From: Escherichia coli
GTDB taxonomy: Bacteria > Pseudomonadota > Gammaproteobacteria > Enterobacterales > Enterobacteriaceae
Strand: one strand, 5' to 3'
Length of the DNA: 64,000 bases
Assembly (NCBI RefSeq): GCF_024502345.1
Contig: NZ_JALDNN010000001.1
This document shows positions 11,782 through 22,697 of this stretch, piece after piece. The notes below the pieces were generated by a model, which saw only the letters and a list, made by a program, of their open reading frames with translations, did no database searches and was not told the origin of the DNA. The translations under genes were made by a program, and so were the position numbers. Every line of letters starts with the position of its first letter. The stretch's first letter is position 1.

Positions 11782-12693
11782 ATGCAAAAGTTTGATACCA
11801 GGACCTTCCAGGGCTTGATCCTGACCTTACAGGATTACTGGGCTCGCCAGGGCTGCACCATTGTTCAACCATTGGACATGGAAGTCGGCGCGGGAACCTC
11901 TCACCCAATGACCTGTCTGCGCGCGCTGGGGCCAGAACCGATGGCGGCTGCTTATGTTCAGCCTTCTCGTCGCCCGACCGATGGTCGCTACGGCGAAAAC
12001 CCCAACCGTTTACAGCACTACTATCAGTTCCAGGTGGTCATTAAGCCATCGCCGGACAATATTCAGGAGCTGTACCTCGGTTCTCTGAAAGAGCTGGGCA
12101 TGGACCCGACTATTCACGACATCCGTTTCGTGGAAGATAACTGGGAAAACCCGACTCTGGGTGCCTGGGGACTGGGCTGGGAAGTGTGGCTAAACGGCAT
12201 GGAAGTGACGCAGTTCACTTACTTCCAGCAGGTTGGTGGTCTGGAGTGTAAACCGGTTACCGGCGAGATCACCTACGGTCTGGAACGTCTGGCCATGTAC
12301 ATTCAGGGCGTAGACAGCGTTTACGACCTGGTCTGGAGCGACGGCCCGCTGGGTAAAACCACCTACGGCGACGTGTTCCATCAGAACGAAGTGGAGCAGT
12401 CCACTTACAACTTCGAATACGCGGATGTGGACTTCCTGTTCACCTGCTTTGAGCAGTACGAGAAAGAAGCGCAGCAGCTGCTGGCGCTGGAAAATCCGCT
12501 GCCGCTGCCAGCCTACGAGCGTATTCTGAAAGCCGCCCACAGCTTCAACCTGCTGGATGCGCGTAAAGCCATCTCCGTCACCGAGCGTCAGCGCTACATT
12601 CTGCGCATTCGCACCCTGACCAAAGCAGTGGCAGAAGCATACTACGCTTCCCGTGAAGCCCTCGGCTTCCCGATGTGCAACAAAGATAAGTAA
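11782..12693 (+). CDS. glyQ: Glycine--tRNA ligase alpha subunit GlyQ, 303 aa
   Basis: 303-aa ORF, highly conserved GlyQ sequence; immediately followed by glyS. Confidence 0.97.
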
Positions 12694-12702
12694 GAGGCGG
12701 CT

Positions 12703-14772
12703 ATGTCTGAGAAAACTTTTCTGGTGGAAATCGGCACTGAAGAGCTGCCACCAAAAGCACTGCGCAGCCTGGCTGAGTCCTTTGCTGCGAATTTTACTGC
12801 GGAGCTGGATAACGCTGGCCTCGCACACGGCACCGTTCAATGGTTTGCTGCTCCGCGTCGTCTGGCGCTGAAAGTAGCTAACCTGGCGGAAGCGCAACCG
12901 GATCGTGAAATCGAAAAACGCGGCCCGGCGATTGCCCAGGCGTTCGACGCTGAAGGCAAACCGAGCAAAGCGGCAGAAGGTTGGGCGCGTGGTTGCGGTA
13001 TTACCGTTGACCAGGCTGAGCGTCTGACTACCGATAAAGGCGAATGGCTGCTGTATCGCGCCCATGTGAAGGGCGAAAGCACCGAAGCACTGCTGCCGAA
13101 TATGGTTGCGACTTCTCTGGCGAAACTGCCGATCCCGAAACTGATGCGTTGGGGCGCAAGCGACGTGCACTTCGTGCGTCCGGTGCACACCGTGACCCTG
13201 CTGCTGGGCGACAAAGTCATTCCGGCAACCATTCTGGGCATTCAGTCCGATCGCGTGATTCGCGGCCACCGCTTTATGGGCGAGCCGGAATTCACCATCG
13301 ATAACGCCGATCAGTATCCGGAAATTCTGCGTGAGCGTGGGAAAGTCATCGCCGATTACGAAGAACGTAAGGCGAAGATTAAAGCCGATGCCGAAGAAGC
13401 AGCGCGTAAGATTGGCGGTAACGCTGACTTAAGCGAAAGCCTGCTGGAAGAAGTGGCTTCGCTGGTGGAGTGGCCGGTCGTTCTGACCGCAAAATTCGAA
13501 GAGAAATTCCTCGCGGTGCCGGCTGAAGCGCTGGTTTACACCATGAAAGGTGACCAGAAATACTTCCCGGTGTATGCGAACGACGGCAAACTGCTGCCGA
13601 ACTTTATCTTCGTTGCCAACATCGAATCGAAAGATCCGCAGCAAATTATCTCTGGTAACGAGAAAGTCGTTCGTCCGCGTCTGGCGGATGCCGAGTTCTT
13701 CTTCAACACCGACCGTAAAAAACGTCTTGAAGATAACCTGCCGCGCCTGCAAACCGTGTTGTTCCAGCAACAGTTGGGGACGCTGCGCGACAAAACTGAC
13801 CGCATCCAGGCGCTGGCTGGCTGGATTGCTGAACAGATTGGCGCTGACGTTAACCACGCTACCCGTGCGGGTCTGCTGTCTAAGTGCGACCTGATGACCA
13901 ACATGGTCTTCGAGTTCACCGACACCCAGGGCGTTATGGGGATGCACTATGCGCGTCACGATGGCGAAGCGGAAGATGTCGCGGTGGCGCTGAATGAGCA
14001 GTATCAGCCGCGCTTTGCCGGTGATGACCTGCCGTCTAACCCGGTAGCCTGTGCGCTGGCGATTGCTGACAAGATGGATACTCTGGCGGGTATCTTCGGT
14101 ATCGGCCAGCATCCGAAAGGCGACAAAGACCCGTTTGCGCTGCGTCGTGCCGCACTTGGCGTGCTGCGAATTATCGTTGAGAAGAACCTCAACCTTGATC
14201 TGCAAACGCTGACCGAAGAAGCGGTGCGTCTGTATGGCGATAAGCTGACTAATGCCAACGTAGTTGATGATGTTATCGACTTTATGCTCGGTCGCTTCCG
14301 CGCCTGGTATCAGGACGAAGGTTATACCGTTGACACCATCCAGGCGGTACTGGCGCGTCGTCCGACTCGTCCGGCTGATTTCGATGCCCGTATGAAAGCG
14401 GTATCGCATTTCCGTACCCTGGATGCAGCTGCTGCACTGGCGGCGGCGAACAAACGTGTATCTAACATTCTGGCGAAATCTGACGAAGTGCTGAGCGATC
14501 GCGTGAATGCCTCTACCCTGAAAGAGCCGGAAGAAATTAAACTGGCGATGCAGGTTGTGGTGCTACGTGACAAGCTGGAGCCGTACTTTGCGGAAGGTCG
14601 TTACCAGGATGCGCTGGTCGAACTGGCTGAGCTGCGTGAACCGGTTGATGCTTTCTTCGATAAAGTGATGGTAATGGTTGATGACAAAGAATTGCGTATC
14701 AACCGTCTGACCATGCTGGAGAAACTGCGCGAACTGTTCCTGCGCGTTGCGGATATTTCGCTGTTGCAGTAA
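12703..14772 (+). CDS. glyS: Glycine--tRNA ligase beta subunit GlyS, 689 aa
   Basis: 689-aa ORF 9 nt downstream of glyQ stop. Confidence 0.97.
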   Translation: MSEKTFLVEIGTEELPPKALRSLAESFAANFTAELDNAGLAHGTVQWFAAPRRLALKVANLAEAQPDREIEKRGPAIAQAFDAEGKPSKAAEGWARGCGITVDQAERLTTDKGEWLLYRAHVKGESTEALLPNMVATSLAKLPIPKLMRWGASDVHFVRPVHTVTLLLGDKVIPATILGIQSDRVIRGHRFMGEPEFTIDNADQYPEILRERGKVIADYEERKAKIKADAEEAARKIGGNADLSESLLEEVASLVEWPVVLTAKFEEKFLAVPAEALVYTMKGDQKYFPVYANDGKLLPNFIFVANIESKDPQQIISGNEKVVRPRLADAEFFFNTDRKKRLEDNLPRLQTVLFQQQLGTLRDKTDRIQALAGWIAEQIGADVNHATRAGLLSKCDLMTNMVFEFTDTQGVMGMHYARHDGEAEDVAVALNEQYQPRFAGDDLPSNPVACALAIADKMDTLAGIFGIGQHPKGDKDPFALRRAALGVLRIIVEKNLNLDLQTLTEEAVRLYGDKLTNANVVDDVIDFMLGRFRAWYQDEGYTVDTIQAVLARRPTRPADFDARMKAVSHFRTLDAAAALAAANKRVSNILAKSDEVLSDRVNASTLKEPEEIKLAMQVVVLRDKLEPYFAEGRYQDALVELAELREPVDAFFDKVMVMVDDKELRINRLTMLEKLRELFLRVADISLLQ

Positions 14773-14790
14773 TAACGCCGTTATTAAAAA

Positions 14791-14817
14791 GCCTGCCATC
14801 TGGCAGGCTTTTTTTAT
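14791..14817 (+). terminator. Rho-independent terminator of glyQS
   Basis: gcctgcca-tc-tggcaggc stem-loop followed by TTTTTTT. Confidence 0.7.
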
Positions 14818-15097
14818 TATCGCTAAATAATACAGCAACCTTTAATAATCTTCTGCTGAATAAAGATTATCTCATATATTAATTTTATGAGGTTTTTTTA
14901 GGATTATATCAAGGAGAAGAAACAAACTTATTAAGCTAGAATAGCCACGGGTGCTTGAGACTGTTTGTCTCAGGTATTCACCGAAAGGCAGACAGAGAAA
15001 AGCCCCACCTGACTATAAATCAAAGTGAGGCTACCCTATGCCTGAACACCATAAGGTTAGCCTCTTACTCGTTGGAAATCAACACAGGGGGCTGGGA

Positions 15098-15250
15098 ATG
15101 CCGCAGAAATATAGATTACTTTCTTTAATAGTGATTTGTTTCACGCTTTTATTTTTCACCTGGATGATAAGAGATTCACTGTGTGAATTGCATATTAAAC
15201 AGGGGAGTTATGAGCTGGCGGCATTTTTAGCCTGCAATTTAAAAGAGTAA
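15098..15250 (+). CDS. hokA: Hok-family type I toxin HokA, 50 aa
   Basis: MPQKYRLLSLIVICFTLLFFTWMIRDSLCELHIKQGSYELAAFLACNLKE; single TM helix plus conserved Cys pair; 70-aa in-frame extension from 15038 also possible. Confidence 0.8.
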   Translation: MPQKYRLLSLIVICFTLLFFTWMIRDSLCELHIKQGSYELAAFLACNLKE

Positions 15251-15380
15251 GAGTCTTCGGCGGGAAGTTATTCCCGCCTTTCTTACGGCGTTGCGCATTC
15301 TCATTGCACCCAAATTTATTTTTCACAAAAATAATACTAGATTTTATTACGCGATCGATTATTTATTTCCTGAAAAACAA

Positions 15381-15410
15381 ATAAAAAAATCCCCGCCAAA
15401 TGGCAGGGAT
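15381..15410 (-). terminator. Rho-independent terminator downstream of cspA (minus strand)
   Basis: On minus strand: tccctgcc-attt-ggcgggga followed by U-run. Confidence 0.6.
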
Positions 15411-15437
15411 CTTAGATTCTGTGCTTTTAAGCAGAGA

Positions 15438-15650
15438 TTACAGGCTGGTTACGTTACCAGCTGCCGGGCCTTTAGCGCCGCTTTCGATGGTGAAGGACAC
15501 TTTCTGACCTTCGTCCAGAGATTTGTAACCATCGTTCTGGATAGCAGAGAAGTGTACGAACACGTCTTTAGAGCCATCGTCAGGAGTGATGAAGCCGAAG
15601 CCTTTGTCAGCGTTGAACCATTTTACGATACCAGTCATTTTACCGGACAT
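15438..15650 (-). CDS. cspA: Major cold-shock protein CspA, 70 aa
   Basis: [23 protein letters not shown]... exact CspA sequence with RNP1/RNP2 motifs. Confidence 0.97.
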
Positions 15651-15930
15651 AGTGTATTACCTTTAATAATTAAGTGTGCCTTTCGGCGATATGGCGTGCT
15701 TTACAGATTTTGAAGCGTTAAAGGAATGTGCACTACGAGGGGTATCAACGATAACTCTTGAAGGGACTTGCCTTACTACACTGCTTTAATGGTCTGTACG
15801 TCAAACCGTTGATGTGCATTAAGCCACGCATTGGCGGGTGATGCAACAATTATTTTTCATATTTATGATTAATCGGTTGGAAAACGGTCCTGTCATCAGG
15901 ACCGTAAACAGCAATAAAGTGGATAAAAGT

Positions 15931-16221
15931 CTATTCCATCAACTGCTTACTTAATGCCGGGTTGGCTTGAATCAAACGCATCAATTTTAGTTCGGCACTT
16001 GAAGGCTTCACGCGTCTGGATTCCCATTCCTTTACCATGGCGACTGATACGCCCAAAACCCGGGCGAAATCATCGATTTTTAACCCTGTCCCTTTTCGTA
16101 ACTGCTCAATTTCGGTACAGGACGTTGTTCTGTGCGTCAGGGTAATTTTCTGCGTTTCATCTTTAAAAACAATCTGTTCCAGGCTGCTCAACAGCTCATG
16201 CATTGGATCTTTATATTCCAT
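15931..16221 (-). CDS. yiaG: HTH-type (XRE-like) transcriptional regulator YiaG, 96 aa
   Basis: 96-aa ORF with C-terminal HTH (GLKIDDFARVLGVSVAMVKEWE). Confidence 0.85.
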   Translation of the reverse strand: MEYKDPMHELLSSLEQIVFKDETQKITLTHRTTSCTEIEQLRKGTGLKIDDFARVLGVSVAMVKEWESRRVKPSSAELKLMRLIQANPALSKQLME

Positions 16222-16654
16222 TGAAAACTCCTCAAATCACACTGCGGGATCGTGAATTGCATCGAAGCTCATTAAGAATAGTCGGGAAAAGCAGACACAG
16301 CGGGGTGAAGTCAGGGCATGCTCTGGCTATGATTCGATTCAGCCAGTCATTTAGCGTGACTTATAGCCACCTAACGATCTGATAAATGCCGATATATTTC
16401 TTACCACTCCCGGTTTGTAAAGATTTCGAAAATCTAACGTTCTGCGAAGGCGTAAATCTCGGGCTACAAAAAAGGCAACGGCAATATCATTTTTTAACAA
16501 TGAAACAACAAATTAACCTTGTTTCATTTTCTCCATGATTTTACCAGGAAGATTACGTAGAAAGGGTATCCTGCAAGCCTGTCCTGGACTATCCTTGTCA
16601 CGTCAGACACGCGTGTGTCGTTGTGCGCTTTTTTTGGGTGAAAGGAGTAAGAAA

Positions 16655-17365
16655 ATGGCGACAGGAAAGTCCTGCTCTCGCTGGTTTGCGCCTCTTGCGG
16701 CGTTATTAATGGTAGTTAGCCTGAGTGGGTGTTTTGATAAAGAAGGCGATCAGCGTAAAGCGTTTATCGACTTCCTGCAGAATACAGTGATGCGTAGCGG
16801 TGAACGTCTACCAACCCTGACTGCCGATCAGAAAAAACAGTTTGGTCCTTTTGTCTCTGATTACGCGATTCTGTATGGTTATTCTCAGCAGGTGAATCAG
16901 GCGATGGATTCCGGTCTGCGCCCGGTTGTAGACAGCGTTAACGCAATTCGCGTACCGCAGGATTACGTTACGCAAAGCGGTCCGCTGCGTGAAATGAATG
17001 GTTCGCTGGGTGTGCTGGCGCAACAACTGCAAAATGCGAAGTTGCAGGCCGATGCTGCGCACTCTGCGCTAAAACAGAGTGATGACCTGAAACCGGTCTT
17101 TGATCAGGCATTCACCAAAGTGGTAACGACGCCAGCTGATGCATTGCAACCGTTGATTCCGGCGGCACAAACTTTCACGCAACAACTGGTGATGGTTGGA
17201 GACTACATTGCCCAACAAGGTACTCAGGTGAGCTTTGTAGCAAATGGCATCCAGTTCCCGACTTCACAGCAGGCAAGTGAATATAACAAACTGATTGCGC
17301 CATTACCGGCACAACATCAGGCGTTTAATCAGGCCTGGACTACAGCAGTTACTGCAACCCAATAA
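16655..17365 (+). CDS. yiaF: Lipoprotein YiaF (DUF3053), 236 aa
   Basis: Start at MATGKS with aaaggag RBS; lipobox LSGC; ORF track start 16535 is an upstream extension. Confidence 0.8.
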   Translation: MATGKSCSRWFAPLAALLMVVSLSGCFDKEGDQRKAFIDFLQNTVMRSGERLPTLTADQKKQFGPFVSDYAILYGYSQQVNQAMDSGLRPVVDSVNAIRVPQDYVTQSGPLREMNGSLGVLAQQLQNAKLQADAAHSALKQSDDLKPVFDQAFTKVVTTPADALQPLIPAAQTFTQQLVMVGDYIAQQGTQVSFVANGIQFPTSQQASEYNKLIAPLPAQHQAFNQAWTTAVTATQ

Positions 17366-17414
17366 AGAGTAAAAGCCCGAGCGATTATCGGGCTTTACTC
17401 CACGCAGTCGCGGC

Positions 17415-18389
17415 TTAGTCCGCGACGTGCGGATTCACACAGTTCTTCTCAACCTTTCCTTGTAACGCATCAATCAAATTATCCACGGCACAGGCGGCCA
17501 TGCCATAACGCGTCTCATGGGTGGCAGATCCAATATGCGGTACTGCGACGACGTTGGCCATTGAGAGCAACGGCGAATCTACGGACAGTGGCTCTTGTTC
17601 GAAGACATCCAGCCCGGCGGCGTGAATTTCCCCTTTCTGCAATGCTGCGATCAGTGCATTTTCGTCAACCACCGGGCCACGTCCGGCATTAATGAAAATG
17701 GCGGAGGATTTCATTTTGGCGAATTGTTCTGCGCCAAACAGATGATGCGTCTCATCAGTTAACGGCAGGATCAGGCAAACGAAATCTGACTCTTGTAACA
17801 GAGTATCCAAATCGCAGTAGCGGGCGTTGAAGCGTTCTTCTGCTTCTTTATGGTGGCGGCGCGCGTTATAGAGGATGGGCATGTTGAAGCCAAAGTGCGC
17901 ACGTTGTGCCAGCGCCATGCCGATCCGTCCCATCCCGACAATGCCCAGTGTTTTATGGTGAACGTCAGTGCCGTACCAGTCCGGGCCTATGCTCGCGGTC
18001 CATTCGCCTGCTTTTACCCGTTCTGCTACCTCCACAACCCGACGAGCGGTAGACAACACCAGCGCCATCAGCGTATCGGCGACGGTTTCTGTTAATACGG
18101 TTGGCGTGTGCATCAGCAGAATTTTTCGGGCGGTAAGCGCATCGACATCAAAATTGTCATAGCCGACGGAGATCGTTGATGTGGCACGCAGTTTCGGCAT
18201 TTTTTCCAGCAATGCGGCATCTACATTCTCGTTTGAACCCAGTAAACCTTCAGCTTCGGCAAAAATTGCTGCATTTTGTTCGACGGTTTGTGGGCTGAGG
18301 TTTGCCACCTGGTGAACGGTGAAATGCTCTTGCAGGCGTTGCAGTAAATCATCAGGTAAGGCTTTGTAGAGGATAACGGACGGCTTCAT
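17415..18389 (-). CDS. ghrB: Glyoxylate/hydroxypyruvate reductase B (2-ketoaldonate reductase), 324 aa
   Basis: D-isomer 2-hydroxyacid dehydrogenase fold with GxGxxG (GIVGMGRIG); start at MKPSVILYK. Confidence 0.93.
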   Translation of the reverse strand: MKPSVILYKALPDDLLQRLQEHFTVHQVANLSPQTVEQNAAIFAEAEGLLGSNENVDAALLEKMPKLRATSTISVGYDNFDVDALTARKILLMHTPTVLTETVADTLMALVLSTARRVVEVAERVKAGEWTASIGPDWYGTDVHHKTLGIVGMGRIGMALAQRAHFGFNMPILYNARRHHKEAEERFNARYCDLDTLLQESDFVCLILPLTDETHHLFGAEQFAKMKSSAIFINAGRGPVVDENALIAALQKGEIHAAGLDVFEQEPLSVDSPLLSMANVVAVPHIGSATHETRYGMAACAVDNLIDALQGKVEKNCVNPHVAD

Positions 18390-18492
18390 GCTTCTCTCCA
18401 TTCACTGATAAGGCGATCACCTTAGCCTGAAATATGATGAAGGAAAACTGAAGAATGCCAGGTGATTTCTGCATCACCTGGCATGAAAGGGA

Positions 18493-19152
18493 TTACAGCG
18501 GGCTTAAGGTAATTTCTACACGGCGGTTTTGCGCCTTACCTTCTGCGGTGCTGTTGCTGGCGATTGGGTTAGCCGGGCCAAGGCCCTGAGTACGGATGCG
18601 GCTGGCGTCCACGCCCTGGGTGATCAACGCGCTGGCAACGGAATCCGCACGTTGCTGGGAGAGACGCATGTTCAGGTCGTGACCACCCGTGCTGTCGGTA
18701 TAACCAATCACGTTAACCGCCGTTTTCGGATACTCTTTCAGCACCATTGCCACGCCGGTCAGGGTGTTAGCGCCCGCAGGTTTCAGGGTCGCGCTGCTGC
18801 TGTCGAAGGTCACGTTGTTCGGCATATTGAGGATAATGTTATCCCCGCTGCGGGTTACGCTAACACCAGTGCCGCGCATTTTGTCACGCAGCTTCGCTTC
18901 CTGCACATCCATGTAATAACCAACGCCGCCGCCCAGAGCTGCGCCTGCTGCTGCGCCAATCAGCGCGCCTTTACCGCGATCTTTCTTCGAAGAAGAGAGC
19001 GCACCAATACCCGCGCCCACGAGAGAGCCCAGACCTGCGCCGATAGCAGATTTACCTGCTTCGCGTTCGCCGGTGTAAGGGTTAGTTGTGCAGCCAGATA
19101 CCGCCAGAGCGCCACTCACTACGGCGGCAATAAGATAAACACGTTTCTTCAT
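18493..19152 (-). CDS. yiaD: OmpA-family lipoprotein YiaD, 219 aa
   Basis: Lipobox (VSGC), Gly-rich linker, C-terminal OmpA-like peptidoglycan-binding domain. Confidence 0.9.
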   Translation of the reverse strand: MKKRVYLIAAVVSGALAVSGCTTNPYTGEREAGKSAIGAGLGSLVGAGIGALSSSKKDRGKGALIGAAAGAALGGGVGYYMDVQEAKLRDKMRGTGVSVTRSGDNIILNMPNNVTFDSSSATLKPAGANTLTGVAMVLKEYPKTAVNVIGYTDSTGGHDLNMRLSQQRADSVASALITQGVDASRIRTQGLGPANPIASNSTAEGKAQNRRVEITLSPL

Positions 19153-19304
19153 TGTTAATCCTTAATAACCTTTTTATTCTTTGCCACGGGTTCCGTGGCG
19201 GGAGATTATGCCGCGTGAACATGAAGATTATTCCTGGGAATACTCGGAAATTTGTAAGTAATATTTAACTGCTCAATACATCTAACCTTTCAGGAGTCTT
19301 CGGT

Positions 19305-21638
19305 TTGGCCAACTCATCCTCACGATATTCCGTTCTGACTGCCGCCCATTGGGGGCCCATGCTGGTTGAAACCGACGGCGAAACCGTGTTTAGCTCGCGT
19401 GGCGCGTTAGCCACAGGAATGGAAAACTCCTTGCAGAGCGCGGTTCGCGACCAGGTTCACAGCAATACGCGGGTACGATTTCCAATGGTGCGCAAAGGCT
19501 TTCTCGCGTCACCGGAAAACCCGCAAGGCATTCGTGGGCAGGATGAATTTGTTCGCGTGAGTTGGGATGAGGCGCTGGATCTTATTCACCAACAACATAA
19601 ACGCATTCGTGAGGCTTATGGTCCGGCATCGATTTTTGCTGGTTCCTACGGCTGGCGTTCAAACGGCGTGCTGCATAAGGCCTCGACATTATTACAACGC
19701 TATATGGCGCTGGCAGGCGGTTATACCGGGCATCTGGGGGATTATTCGACCGGCGCGGCACAGGCGATCATGCCGTATGTCGTGGGTGGTAGTGAAGTTT
19801 ATCAACAGCAGACCAGTTGGCCGCTGGTGCTGGAACATAGCGATGTCGTGGTGCTGTGGAGTGCTAACCCACTCAATACGCTGAAAATTGCGTGGAATGC
19901 ATCCGATGAGCAGGGGCTTTCTTACTTTTCTGCACTGCGTGACAGCGGGAAAAAGCTGATCTGCATTGATCCAATGCGATCGGAAACCGTCGATTTCTTT
20001 GGCTATAAAATGGAGTGGGTGGCACCGCACATGGGCACCGATGTTGCGCTGATGCTGGGGATCGCCCATACGCTGGTGGAAAATGGTTGGCACGACGAAG
20101 CGTTTCTGGCGCGTTGCACCACAGGTTATGCCGTCTTCGCCTCTTATTTGCTGGGCGAGAGTGACGGAATAGCGAAAAACGCCGAATGGGCGGCAGAGAT
20201 TTGTGGTGTTGGCGCAGCGAAAATCCGCGAGCTGGCGGCTATTTTCCACCAAAATACCACCATGCTGATGGCAGGCTGGGGAATGCAGCGCCAACAGTTT
20301 GGTGAGCAAAAACACTGGATGATCGTCACGCTGGCAGCAATGTTGGGGCAAATCGGCACACCCGGCGGCGGTTTTGGTCTTTCTTACCATTTTGCCAATG
20401 GTGGTAACCCCACGCGGCGCGCTGCGGTACTCTCTTCCATGCAGGGCAGCTTGCCGGGTGGCTGCGATGCGGTAGATAAAATCCCTGTCGCCCGCATTGT
20501 TGAAGCACTGGAAAACCCTGGTGGCGCATATCAACACAACGGTATGAACCGACATTTCCCGGATATTCGTTTTATCTGGTGGGCGGGCGGTGCCAACTTT
20601 ACTCATCATCAGGATACCAATCGCCTGATCCGTGCCTGGCAAAAACCGGAGCTGGTGGTGATCTCTGAATGCTTCTGGACGGCGGCGGCAAAACACGCGG
20701 ATATCGTTCTGCCTGCGACTACCTCTTTTGAGCGTAATGATCTCACCATGACCGGTGATTACAGTAATCAGCATCTGGTGCCGATGAAGCAAGTGGTGCC
20801 GCCACGCTATGAAGCGCGTAATGATTTTGATGTTTTTGCCGAGTTAAGTGAACGCTGGGAGAAGGGCGGTTATGCACGTTTTACGGAAGGAAAAAGTGAG
20901 CTGCAATGGCTGGAAACGTTTTATAACGTTGCCCGACAGCGCGGGGCAAGCCAGCAGGTTGAATTGCCGCCATTTGCTGAGTTCTGGCAAGCCAATCAGT
21001 TAATTGAGATGCCGGAAAACCCGGACAGCGAGCGGTTTATTCGCTTCGCTGATTTTTGCCGCGATCCGCAGGCGCATCCATTAAAAACCGCCAGCGGTAA
21101 GATTGAAATCTTCTCGCAGCGTATTGCCGATTACGCTTATCCGGATTGCCCGGGGCATCCAATGTGGCTGGTGCCGGACGAATGGCAGGGCAATGCCGAA
21201 CCGGAACAGTTACAGGTACTTTCTGCTCATCCGGCGCATCGTCTGCACAGCCAGCTGAATTACAGTTCTCTGCGCGAATTGTACGCGGTGGCAAACCGTG
21301 AGCCTGTCACCATTCATCCTGACGATGCCCAGGCGCGCGGCATACAAGATGGCGATACTGTTCGGCTGTGGAACTCACGCGGGCAAATTCTTGCCGGAGC
21401 GGTCATTAGCGAGGGAATTAAACCTGGCGTGATTTGCATTCACGAAGGGGCATGGCCGGATCTGGATTTAACCGCTGACGGTATTTGTAAAAACGGCGCA
21501 GTGAACGTGCTGACCAAAGATCTCCCCAGCTCGCGGCTGGGGAATGGCTGTGCGGGTAATACGGCGCTGGCATGGCTAGAAAAATACAACGGCCCGGAAC
21601 TGACACTTACAGCGTTTGAACCACCGGCCAGCTCATAA
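19305..21638 (+). CDS. bisC: Biotin sulfoxide reductase BisC (molybdopterin oxidoreductase), 777 aa
   Basis: 777-aa ORF beginning at TTG with caggag RBS 8 nt upstream; DMSO-reductase-family sequence. Confidence 0.93.
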   Translation: MANSSSRYSVLTAAHWGPMLVETDGETVFSSRGALATGMENSLQSAVRDQVHSNTRVRFPMVRKGFLASPENPQGIRGQDEFVRVSWDEALDLIHQQHKRIREAYGPASIFAGSYGWRSNGVLHKASTLLQRYMALAGGYTGHLGDYSTGAAQAIMPYVVGGSEVYQQQTSWPLVLEHSDVVVLWSANPLNTLKIAWNASDEQGLSYFSALRDSGKKLICIDPMRSETVDFFGYKMEWVAPHMGTDVALMLGIAHTLVENGWHDEAFLARCTTGYAVFASYLLGESDGIAKNAEWAAEICGVGAAKIRELAAIFHQNTTMLMAGWGMQRQQFGEQKHWMIVTLAAMLGQIGTPGGGFGLSYHFANGGNPTRRAAVLSSMQGSLPGGCDAVDKIPVARIVEALENPGGAYQHNGMNRHFPDIRFIWWAGGANFTHHQDTNRLIRAWQKPELVVISECFWTAAAKHADIVLPATTSFERNDLTMTGDYSNQHLVPMKQVVPPRYEARNDFDVFAELSERWEKGGYARFTEGKSELQWLETFYNVARQRGASQQVELPPFAEFWQANQLIEMPENPDSERFIRFADFCRDPQAHPLKTASGKIEIFSQRIADYAYPDCPGHPMWLVPDEWQGNAEPEQLQVLSAHPAHRLHSQLNYSSLRELYAVANREPVTIHPDDAQARGIQDGDTVRLWNSRGQILAGAVISEGIKPGVICIHEGAWPDLDLTADGICKNGAVNVLTKDLPSSRLGNGCAGNTALAWLEKYNGPELTLTAFEPPASS

Positions 21639-22047
21639 TCCAGGTGGGTAGTTGGGTTTCATCCTGCCATGCGCAATCGACAATGTGAAAACCCTGCGCC
21701 TGGTAAAAATCTATCGCCGGTTGATTTTTTTGATAAACCTCCAGCATCAGATGGGGATGGCGCTGTTGCACATACTGCATCAGCGCCTTACCAATACCGC
21801 GCCTGACGGCCTTCGGTGCGACAAACATCGCTGCCAGAAATCGGCCTTCCATAATGCTGACAAAACCGAGAAGCTTACTGTCTTCTTCCCAGACCCAGTT
21901 TTGTGCGTTGGCAAGATAGGCATCCCGCACCAGTGGAATGCACTCGCGCCAGTAATTCGCTTTTATAAAGGGATGGCCCCAGGTTGTACTTTCCAGCCAC
22001 AGTTCGAGGATCGCGGGGAGTTCTGAACGTTGCGCTTCCCTAATCAT
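21607..22047 (-). CDS. yiaC: GNAT-family N-acetyltransferase YiaC, 146 aa
   Basis: 146-aa ORF with GNAT motif (RRGIGKALM); 3' end overlaps bisC 3' end. Confidence 0.85.
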   Translation of the reverse strand: MIREAQRSELPAILELWLESTTWGHPFIKANYWRECIPLVRDAYLANAQNWVWEEDSKLLGFVSIMEGRFLAAMFVAPKAVRRGIGKALMQYVQQRHPHLMLEVYQKNQPAIDFYQAQGFHIVDCAWQDETQLPTWIMSWPVVQTL

Positions 22048-22607
22048 GGTTTATTTCCCGGATAGCAACAGCAGCCAACCACATGATCATTCACCAGCCC
22101 ACATGCCTGCATAAAGGAGTAACAGATTGTGGTACCGACAAACTTAAAACCACGTTTTTTCAGTGCCTTAGATAGGGCGTCGGAGGCGGGCGTAGATGTG
22201 GGGATTTCGCTCAACGTTGTGGCTTGTGTCACCTGTGGCTGATGATTTACAAACGACCAGACAAAGTCGGCAAACGGTTCGCCGTTCTGTTCCATTTGCA
22301 GGTACGCCCGCGCATTACCAATAATTGCCTGAATTTTCCCGCGATGGCGGATAATCCCGGCGTCCTGTACCAGTCTTTCGACATCCTCTTCCTGCATTGC
22401 GGCAACCTTCACCGGATCGAACTGATGAAAGCAGGCGCGATAGTTTTCGCGTTTTTTGAGGACGGTGATCCACGATAACCCAGCCTGCTGCCCTTCCAGG
22501 CAGATCATTTCGAACAGTTTTTTACTGTCAGTTTCAGGCACGCCCCACTCATTATCATGGTAGGCAATATAAAGCGGGTCCTGACTCACCCAGCCGCAAC
22601 GTTCCAT
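22044..22607 (-). CDS. tag: DNA-3-methyladenine glycosylase I (Tag), 187 aa
   Basis: Start at MERCGWVSQDPLYIAYHDNEWGVPE; 4-nt overlap with yiaC start; ORF track's 242-aa version is an upstream extension. Confidence 0.93.
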   Translation of the reverse strand: MERCGWVSQDPLYIAYHDNEWGVPETDSKKLFEMICLEGQQAGLSWITVLKKRENYRACFHQFDPVKVAAMQEEDVERLVQDAGIIRHRGKIQAIIGNARAYLQMEQNGEPFADFVWSFVNHQPQVTQATTLSEIPTSTPASDALSKALKKRGFKFVGTTICYSFMQACGLVNDHVVGCCCYPGNKP

Positions 22608-22697
22608 ACTTTCCCTCGCTATGTACCCGATCGTAAAAATTTCAGCCGCTTTTCTTGACGCATCGGTGAAAAAGTCAATATTTAATACAGGGCTACT

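Noticed and set aside
12190-14409. Long minus-strand ORFs (359 aa at 12190..13269, 326 aa at 13429..14409) antisense to glyQ/glyS
   Set aside because: Shadow ORFs on the opposite strand of highly conserved, confidently identified genes; translations are low-complexity and Arg/Gln-rich with no recognisable domains.
15038-15097. 20-codon in-frame extension upstream of hokA as a separate mok gene
   Set aside because: In known hok loci mok is in a different frame from hok; here the extension is in the same frame, so it may be an alternative start rather than mokA. Left unresolved, not annotated as a gene.
15291-15713. 140-aa plus-strand ORF overlapping cspA on the opposite strand
   Set aside because: cspA on the minus strand is unambiguous; the plus-strand ORF spans its terminator and coding region and has no independent support.
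19692-20792. 366-aa minus-strand ORF inside bisC
   Set aside because: Antisense shadow ORF of a GC-rich conserved gene; no RBS or domain features.
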